From contig CALSCP010000241.1 in the NCBI GenBank assembly GCA_943704425.1, positions 1 to 55,117 of the forward strand: a stretch of DNA of 55,117 nt, in the 5' to 3' direction. The notes under the pieces were generated by a model. That model saw nothing but the letters and a program-made list of their open reading frames with translations. It made no database searches and was not told the origin of the DNA. Within the stretch, counting starts at the first letter, position 1, and the number at the start of each line of letters is the position of its first letter. Position numbers and translations under genes: made by a program. The stretch is from Ministeria vibrans ATCC 50519. Its lineage: Eukaryota > Protista > Filasterea. Shown piece by piece: positions 47,042 through 55,117 of this stretch.

Positions 47042-47269
47042 TTGCTTTGTCGCCTCGCATCTGTACTACCATCGCTATACTCCAATACACTTGTAAATAA
47101 AGACACAGAGAAGTATCTGAGAATACGACGTACGTATCCTCAAACTTTGCGTCGTAGACTTTTCCAATGGGGGAATGTGCCATAAAAAAAAGAAGCCCCA
47201 TACACCCACTGAAAGTGAATACAAAAAAAAAGAGCGTTCCATCAAGGTATACAAGACAAGTGGTGAGGG

Positions 47270-48230
47270 TCATTCGCTGCGCAGCGGCAGAAGGAGAGGT
47301 CGCGAGGGCGTGGCATCCATGAGAAAGGGTGCAAGCTGAAGCGAGAGGGCATATGGACCATCTTCAAGGGAGTAGGAGGGGTCGACAAAGGCGAGTTCGG
47401 TGATGGAGCAGGAGCGACGGTCCAGCGCCATTTCGGGACCCTCGGACGTTTCGCAGTCGACGCCCCAAAAGGTCGAGTGGGCGCGCATAAAGCCCCCATC
47501 ATCTTCGCGGTCAACGCTAGGCAGGTCGCATACAAGGTGTCGCACACGCTGCGTCCGCATCCACTGCATCGCCTCGCGTGTAAAGTACGCGGGATTCGCT
47601 CCGCTGTACGTGCGATTCTTCTTGCTCGCATCGTTGGGCAGGGTGCGCAATACCAACCCAGTCAAGTACTCCGATTTGGGCACGTCCCTTCTGCTTGCCG
47701 CTGCCTCCAGAGCCTTCTCAAGGCTGCGACGCGAGATGACCAAATCACTCGTCTGCGCCTGCTCGCCGTACGTGTCTCCCGACTCGCCAAACGGCTCCGG
47801 CGTGATCGTCAGGAGCGTCGCCGGCAACATAAAGACAGACGCAGGACTCACCAGCTGCGTGACGCACTCCCGCTCCTTGCGAATGTGTCCAACGCCCTGT
47901 CGAGCAACAGCAAAAAGCGCACAATGACGGACCAGTCCACTCTCTCCTCCTTTGGCGCACGTACCTCTGTGTGTGTGCCATTGCCGTGCACACAAAACGT
48001 CACAGTATCGCAATTGACCGAACCTCCCTCGGCTACGCTCCCCACGAAGCCGCCGGCGCGCACAGGGGCGCTGAAGGAGAGTCAGTGGAGAAGTAAACAA
48101 TCGAATTGGGAGCGAACCGTGATGAGCCAGCCAGGTAGAAGGCAGCGATGCTTTCTTGGATTACGGAGAGTGACAAGTCATATGGCGGTTGCCCAGAGTC
48201 GATTTGGGCGGCGAGCGTTGCCGAGTCCAT
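47270..48230 (-). CDS. Metal-dependent cyclase family hydrolase (kynurenine formamidase KynB-like); 3 exons
   Basis: GGSVNC...HGNGTHTE/CVGHI, LVLRTLPN, HLVCDLPSVDREDDGG...AH..FW, ITELAFV...DGPYALSLQLAPF..DATPSRP. Confidence 0.88.
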
Positions 48231-48494
48231 TTTGTTTTCAATCGGGAAGTTTATACAAATTGACTGAATCATCACTCAAAGATTCAATCATTTCGTTGAG
48301 GTCTCATTGACTTTTGATGCGAGTTTGAGATCACGTTGGTCTTTGAGTGGAGTTTGACTCATATTGAAAGCTCAAAGCAATAGCCCAGCCGACCCGACGT
48401 CACTGATAATTTCGTCTCAAAGTTTCAAAAAACTCAAAAACTCAATCATATTATTTTTATTCTTACTATTACGTCACCGGCTGCATAACCATCG

Positions 48495-48777
48495 ATGAGC
48501 ACGCTGACTGCAGATGAGATCGTGTACGCGCCCTACAAGGGCGAGGAGGAGATCAAAGAAATCATGGATCTAATCGTTCAGGTATATGATCTTTCCCTCT
48601 GATTGTGCACTCCTTCGTCATCTCTCGCCTTATTGTCGCCATGCAGGACCTCTCCGAACCGTACAGCATCTACACATATAGATATTTCCTGAATACCTGG
48701 CCGCATCTGTGCATTACGGTGACGAAACGAGCGTCGTCCGCTGCGCCGTTTGACCCGCTCACACACTCTCCCCTCCC

Positions 48778-48811
<34 letters not shown>

Positions 48812-49232
48812 GACAGGCACGGCGGGAAGGCCAGCTTGTGGGCGCTGTCGTGGGCAAGCTGGATATCCATCGCACGACGCATATGATGCGTGGCTACGTC
48901 GCCATGTTGGCCGTGAGCAAAGAGTGTCGCAAACGACGCATTGGGACCAGTCTTGTCGAGCGCGTCATCTTAGAAATGGCCCAACGCGAATGCGAAGAAG
49001 TACCACACACACACACACACACACACTCTCTCTCTCTCTCTCTCCCTCTCTCCGAAGAACCACGTACTCACACACTGACACTGTTCTTTTTAAGGTGGTC
49101 CTGGAGGCAGAAGTGAGCAACACTGGTGCGCTTGCGCTCTACCAACGATTGGGATTTGTGCGCGACAAACGTCTCGTCTGTTACTATCTCAATGGCGAAG
49201 ATGCCTTTCGTCTTAAGCTCTGGCTTCGTTAG
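48495..49232 (+). CDS. NAA30: N-alpha-acetyltransferase 30 (NatC catalytic subunit, Mak3)
   Basis: [29 protein letters not shown]...RKRRIG and [41 protein letters not shown]. Confidence 0.95.
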
Positions 49233-49301
49233 GTGTCGTGTTTTTTTTCATGTTTGTCCTTCTGAGTAGCATTGTATTCAATTCTTGTAACGTCTTCGTC
49301 T

Positions 49302-51154
49302 TCAAAGTATCCCATTTTTAGTTGCCTCTTCCAACAGATCCTACACAAGAGAGAAGATAGGGAGAGAAAGAACCAAATTGATAGTGAGAGAGAGAGAGAG
49401 AAAGGAGGGAGAAAGAAACAAAGTGATAGAGAGAGAGAAAGAAACAACGTGATAGAGGGAGAGAAAGATACAAAGTGATAGAGAGAGGAGGGGAAAAGAA
49501 ACAAACAACGAGAAAGAGAGAGGTAGATGGTTAGCAAGGCAAACGCAAGAGCAGTTAGACAAAATATAAGAATGTACGGAAATGCGTTTGTGGTCGCGCT
49601 GAAGGCCAGCCCAGTAGTCAGCGACACCACTGTCCCATGTCTCTTGGCCCTTAAGACCCTGGAAGAAGTGCTCGTCTAGGTACGCAATGCACTCTTTCTG
49701 CGTACTCGTTAGCGGCTCAATCGTCCACCTGCGCAGCGGGAGACGAGAAGAGGTGTACAAAAATATATAAGAACGTATATGTGTGGATCGGGTGCATATG
49801 TGTACCGGATGTTCTTGTGGACATTGTCGACGCTGGCGGTAGACGTGAGGCAGGTTGGGATGTCGGGGTGAGCGATGGAGAACTTGAAAGCGAGCTCGGC
49901 GAGGTCGAGACCGACGGAGCGCGTGTAGGCGGCAGCGGCAGCACACACTGCTTTGATGTGGTCCGACGCAGGGTGCCACTTGGGTGGACCACGGTCGCTG
50001 CACCACCATGCAAAGAGGTGGAAAGAAAGAAAATTGATTAAAAAAGAGAGAAAGAGAGTGGAATAGTCCATTCTTTAGATAGGTGCATACCTCAGCAGCC
50101 CCATCGAAATGGCTGATGCATTGATGACGCCAATGTTGTGCTCGGCAAAGAACGCAAGGTAGTCCAAGAGAGTCGTGTCGTTCAGTGAGTAATGACAGTA
50201 GGTCAGCACCGACGCAATCGTGCCGGGTGGAAAGGCATTGATCACCTAAAATACAGTATTCGTCAACACTAACCTTTCCTTTCTCTCTCGCTCTCTCTTT
50301 CGATTACAGTGCGGAAATTCTCCAATGGATAGCCGGTGATCCCAACAAAGCGTGTCTTTCCGGCCTCCTTTGCACGGATCATCGCTGGAATGGTCTCCTT
50401 GATTACTGTGTCGAGGCTAAAGCAACAAAGGTGAATTGCCCTCTCACCCATTCCAAAATTCCTTGGCCTTACTTGGCTGCAAACTCCATGTCGTGCACCT
50501 GGAGAATATCTACATAGCTAACATTCATACGCGCAAGACTCTCGTCAATGCTCTTCTCCACGCGCTTGGCGGAAAAGTCGAACATGTTGAGATAGTCCTT
50601 CTCGTAGCGACACACTGAGAGGTGTTGGCACAGGACATAATACATTAAAACCAAACGTCCTTTCTCTCTCTCCCATACCTTTTGTAATAAGATAGTACGC
50701 TTCACGCGGGACGTGCTTCAGGGCCATGCCGAGAACCCGCTCGGCCTTGCCGTGTCCGTACCACGGCGCAACGTCGATCAGATTGACGCCCGCCTTCAAC
50801 GCCGCCACCACAACAGCACACCCCTCTTCGTCGGACGTCGATCGATACACGCTGCCAAGCGACGACGCCCCCAGACTAAACAGCGACACCATCATGCCCG
50901 TGGAGCCTGCACAGCAAACAATCCCGACGAGATGAGCGCAAAACAATAACAAACACAGATAAACCGCCAGCCGTAACCTCTCCACTTTCCCAACACCATT
51001 TCAAGTCCAACACCCTCCCATGGCGCCCATGCAATCCCCTGACTGCCAGGGACCAACGTATTATTCTAATAATGTTACCTAGCGGCCGATATGGCATTTT
51101 GAGCACCTTTTCCTTCTCATGGAATCCTTCAACGTACGTCGCGGGAAGAGACAT
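49302..51154 (-). CDS. Aldo-keto reductase, L-galactose dehydrogenase-like; multi-exon
   Basis: LPATYVEGFH...MPYRPLG/STGMMVS...GASSLG, GVNLIDVAPWYGHGKAE, DILQVHDMEF, FVGITGYPL, LTYCHYSLNDT and GPPKWHPA. Phase-0 splicing gives the final exon DLLEEATKNGIL* (TGA at 49302-49304). Confidence 0.85.
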
Positions 51155-51261
51155 TGCAACCAGCACAATTCCAACGAGATTTGCGAGAATTGACTGTTGA
51201 CTAAGTCAATTAATTTTAGTGATTAGTATTTTTAATTCTATTTTCACTTTTTGACCTTTCT

Positions 51262-51576
51262 ATGGAAGAAGAACGGACACAAGAGAGACCTCGGTTTGAA
51301 CATTTGCTGCCGATGAACGGAGTCGTGTACAACGAACGGAATGAAGTGAGCGAAATCATGAGCAAACCGATTCTGCTGCCACTCAAAGTACCAAAACAAA
51401 CGCAACAGTCTCTTTCCTTCGCACTCACACTCCCCACTGCCCTCTCCTGCCCGCCCCTTGTGCTTTGCAAGTCGGCAACATTGCAGAAGATCCAAGCCAT
51501 TGAGCAGCAGGAGCGCGAGAGCGACCAGGGAGCATCGGCTGTGAGCGAGTCAGTCGCACCACTAACATCGCTCTGA
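51262..51576 (+). CDS. BBIP1: BBSome-interacting protein 1 (BBIP10/BBS18); 2 exons
   Basis: LLPMNGVVYNE...IMSKPILLPLK, intron, then SATLQKIQAIEQQ. This matches the BBIP10 pattern VLPKQG...LCKPKLLPLKS.TLEKLEKM. Confidence 0.8.
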   Translation: MEEERTQERPRFEHLLPMNGVVYNERNEVSEIMSKPILLPLKVPKQTQQSLSFALTLPTALSCPPLVLCKSATLQKIQAIEQQERESDQGASAVSESVAPLTSL

Positions 51577-51652
51577 TGTGCACGGAGGCGACCTGGGGAG
51601 CATCGGCCGTGAGCGAGCCGGTCACAGCACACACATCGCTCTGACTTGCACA
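51517..51652 (+). repeat. Two-copy 68-bp tandem duplication covering the BBIP1 3' end and stop codon
   Basis: GGGAGCATCGGC.GTGAGCGAG.C.GTC.CA.CAC..ACATCGCTCTGA is repeated with a 68-nt period. Confidence 0.9.
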
Positions 51653-51769
51653 GAGAGCAAACCATAGAATTATTATTATTATTATGTGTATTACTCTCTT
51701 CATTGTATTGTATTTTCATCTCTGTAAGTAAAGTAAACTTATCTCATTTATTCCTATTAATAATAAATC

Positions 51770-51823
<54 letters not shown>

Positions 51824-51972
51824 GTCTCTACTTTTGTTAGTTGCACAAGAAAATAATAAAAGCAATAATTTTACTTATTTTTATTTTTGTATTGTAGCAC
51901 AACACTGCGTTAATATGGCGGAAGCACTGTGCCATCCATTTTTGACTCTTATTCTTGAACAATTTTGATTTA

Positions 51973-54450
51973 TTACATTTTATATTCGTACAAAAAGAGC
52001 CGTTGATCGGTGAGTGCTGCCAACCAGGGACGCGACGCGACGGTAAAGGGACACACGTCGAGGACGGGCGCATTAATCACAATGCGCTCTTGAAGGGCAC
52101 CAGTCTGTGCATCCCACAGATTCGTCGACGCACTCATTTCGTCACCGGCACACACACTCAAAGGCGCCTGCTCGCTACTTGACAGCGAGAAGAAGGGTCC
52201 TTCAAAGCGCGAGCGAGCATCAGGGTCCGTTTCAAGGCGCGGGAGTACACAGAGACGACTACGTGTCAGCAGTCGACTCAGCGAACCCCCTTCGCAATGC
52301 TGCACGTTCGTACACGCGCCCCGTGACCCCAGCCGAAACACTACATGCTGCATCACAGTGCTGTGTTTCTACAAGACAACCATGTCTGAGAGTAAAGTAG
52401 TGTATCAAATACATACATATCATACCGAAGGGCGGAAGGAAGCAAGACAAAGACGCGACAAAGGCTCATGCGAGACACTTGCACAGCGCACAAGCGACTC
52501 GCCCAACAAGGGAGCAAGTGAGTGCTGCTCAAAGCACTGCTCGAGGCTCGGTACGTCGTCATGCTCTACACCACTCATGCGACTCCCACTGCGGCCATTG
52601 CGCTGCTCAAAGAACACCACGCCACTCTGTAGTGTGCCCACTAGGAGTCCACCATACATGGATGGCAAGAACTCACTCGGCACACCCTCCCCCAGATGCA
52701 CAGGCTCCTCATCCTCCTTCTCCTTCTCCTTCTCCTTTTTCTCTTCCTCCCCCTTCCCCTCCTCCACCTCCTCCTCATCATCATCACGTCGCGTCTCTTC
52801 CGCTGGCGGGACAAAGCACAGCGACACAATGGGTCCAAACGTGTCAAGAGTAATGACTCCAATGGGCTTCTCCGTGTTGCAACGCAGATCAAAGAGCAAC
52901 ACAGTGCTGTTGGCAAGACCACAGAAGAAGCGCGTTGCGCAGTCCTCGCCACGATTGTCGTGTTGCCAGGCACACGACCAGGGCACAGTCGTGAGTGAAT
53001 AGAGAACCACAAGACAGTTGTTGGCAAGGTCTGTCACGCGCGCCGTTTTGTCCTGGGCCACCGACAGAACACGTCCATCGCCCAATGGACTCACAGCAAC
53101 ATCGCGTATGGCAGCCGTGTGCAACGCCAAAAACTCCACAGGTCGCTCCTTGTTCTTCTCACTCGACGTCTCACTTACGCTCACCTTGAGCAGTCCCCAC
53201 GAGGCGCCTCGCTGTACACTGCTCAGCAACGTAGTGCGTCCCCCATCTACGCCAAGCACTCGAGCGCCATTGCCCACCTCAACAGTGTCGTGCAAACAAA
53301 ATCCGCCACGCTCATTCGAGAGTGTGCGACGTGACTCGGCTGGCGGACCATCATCGTCAGGTACTGGCGTCGCGACACGACAATGTGTCGTCGACCCTTC
53401 CGGCATGGCACGCAACGCAGATAATTCGCGAGACTTTTCAGCCAGCTCTCGTTGGCACATGGCCAGATCAACACGCAATCGTGCTGCCGCTTGTTCGCTT
53501 GTCAGACGCTCACGACGCTCGTGCTCAATGCGCTCAAGTAATCGATCGCGTTCTGTTGTGTCTACAGCAAACAGACAGGACGCCACCAGCGTGCGGATGT
53601 CGCCTCGACGTGCCTTGGCGTTGCACTGGGGACACTTGGCGCTGGTGCGCAGCCATTTTTCAATGCACGAGCGTCCATACAGGTGACCACACTTGAGAGC
53701 CGCAATACTGTGCGTCCCCGAATTGCCCCACGTATCCAGACATATAGTACATGTCTGTCCATTGCCGCCATCACCTGCCATGGCGGCCGCCGCAGCGGCC
53801 TTAGCGACCGCATCAGCCTCATCTGCAGCAGCAGCAGCAGCAGTAGTAGCGACCGTAACGCGAGGGGCAGCAGCAGTAGCAGCAGTAGCCGCAGCAGCAG
53901 CAGCGACGTTGTCACCCAGCGAGACGTGTCGTCGCGGACGTTTGTACACACGTCGCATGTCAAAGACATCGTCATCATCGTCGTCGTCCTCGCCGCCATT
54001 CACATTATTCACATCATTCACATCAGTCACATCATTCGCACCTTCCCTGTTGTTGTTGTTGTTGTTGTTGTTGTTGTCGTTCATGTCTGTGTCTTGCTCG
54101 TGTATTTCCGCCACGCTGGCAGCTCTGACGACATCAGGCGTCAATCCCTGCGACACATGCGTCGCTGTAGGGACGTGGGGAGGTGCTTGGCTGGCGTGTG
54201 GGAGGTCATCGTCGAGAGTGCGACTGCGTTTCAGAAAATGTCTCGACACTCTCTCTGCCTTCTCTTGTGGCTCTACAGCATGCGCCGTGGCTGTTCGCTC
54301 CTCGCCCTCCTGAGCCACTGGCGCACACTCGACGGGCTCCTCCGAGGCAGCCGCCAAGGCAGGCCGCACAAAGCGGGTCGCAACGCGTTGAAAGTCGTCC
54401 AGTGAACACGGCCGATTCTCATCCGTCTCTGGCCTGTTCCTTTGCGCCAT
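51973..54450 (-). CDS. RFWD3: RING finger and WD40 E3 ubiquitin ligase RFWD3
   Basis: CTICLDTWGNSGTHSIAALKCGHLYGRSCIEKWL...KCPQCNAKA...DIR, a coiled coil, and WD40 motifs (HTAAIRD, PWSCAW, FCGLANSTVLLFDLR, CLASFRP, LAALTD..L.LY). Confidence 0.92.
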
Positions 54451-54612
54451 CCGTCAAACAGTGGACAGTGAGAACACTCTTCAGAGTTCAAAAGACGGCT
54501 CGAGCACTCAGGTGTGACTTGTCTATTGTGTGTCTATTCGTTTGAGTAAAATAACTAAACGTAAGTAAATAGATCATGAATTCATGATCGACAAATCGTC
54601 ATATTTTTGTTG

Positions 54613-55053
54613 ATGTCTCGTTCAAAACGCGCTGCTGCTGTCAAGGCAGCAGAAACCATCGCCGCTGTCACAGCCCCCGTATATAGCGACGACGACGACG
54701 ACGGCCCTGACGTGAAGCGCCAGAGAAGAGGTACGGCGCTGCTCCATCAGCACTCCCATCATGCGACGATGGCCCCTCCGCCGCCCTCTGCCGCCCTCCC
54801 CGCCCTCCCCGCCCCTCGAATCCCCTTCCGGCTGCATCCCCCTGAACTACCGCGTACTGCGCTGCCTGTGGACCGGCGTGCGTCCACAAGCGCACGCTGT
54901 GCGTCCCTCTCCAGCGCAGAGTGCTCATTTGCTCATTGCTCCGTCGACACACTCCTGAATCCACGCCAATACCCAACTCCTAAGGCCCTGCCCCTCCGCC
55001 ACTGCTTTTCTGGTTCTTGTCTTGACGTTGTCGTGCCCGTCGAAGTCGTCTAG
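54613..55053 (+). CDS. Hypothetical protein, probable first exon of a gene continuing beyond the window; NLS-like KRQRR
   Basis: ATG follows an AT-rich spacer divergent from RFWD3. GC-rich coding-like composition, MSRSKRAAAVKAAETI...DDDDD..VKRQRR. Confidence 0.5.
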   Translation: MSRSKRAAAVKAAETIAAVTAPVYSDDDDDGPDVKRQRRGTALLHQHSHHATMAPPPPSAALPALPAPRIPFRLHPPELPRTALPVDRRASTSARCASLSSAECSFAHCSVDTLLNPRQYPTPKALPLRHCFSGSCLDVVVPVEVV

Positions 55054-55117
55054 TGGTCTTTTTGCAACCGATACGGAAAAAAGAAAGAAGGAAAAAAAAA
55101 AAAAAAAAAAAACGACG

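Noticed and set aside
49229-49232. Apparent overlapping stop codons of NAA30 (+) and ORF 49229..49630 (-)
   Set aside because: The ORF-track frame is not the spliced frame. Phase-0 splicing of the AKR gives DLLEEATKNGIL*, ending at 49302.

Overview
This is a compact, intron-rich eukaryotic draft-assembly window, not prokaryotic. It is most consistent with a flagellated unicellular holozoan such as a choanoflagellate; that is an inference from GIT, CABIN1, RAB28, BBIP1 and pTyr-type motifs. It holds about 25 spliced genes: CROT-like, a GIT-like ArfGAP with three RA domains, GH3 beta-xylosidase, RAB28, SLY1/SCFD1, nitronate monooxygenase, RPL27, CABIN1, GANP/SAC3, COPS8, a PLP aminotransferase, DBT, TCF25, a scramblase-like gene, PSMB3, MMTAG2, MPC2, MPV17-like, a KynB-type cyclase, NAA30, an L-galactose-dehydrogenase-like AKR, BBIP1, RFWD3 and two unassigned fragments. 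Six gene pairs are head-to-head with 107-264 bp spacers. Introns carry microsatellites and a recurrent TATCACTTTGTTTCT unit. The most notable items are: a structured non-coding stretch upstream of RPL27 with a telomerase-RNA P6/P6.1-like element (speculative); a GIT homologue with RA domains that lacks the ArfGAP arginine finger; a three-gene block inside a DBT intron, probably a mis-join; and two bacterial-type HGT candidates. Gene identities come from recognising motifs by eye with no database search, and exon boundaries are manual.
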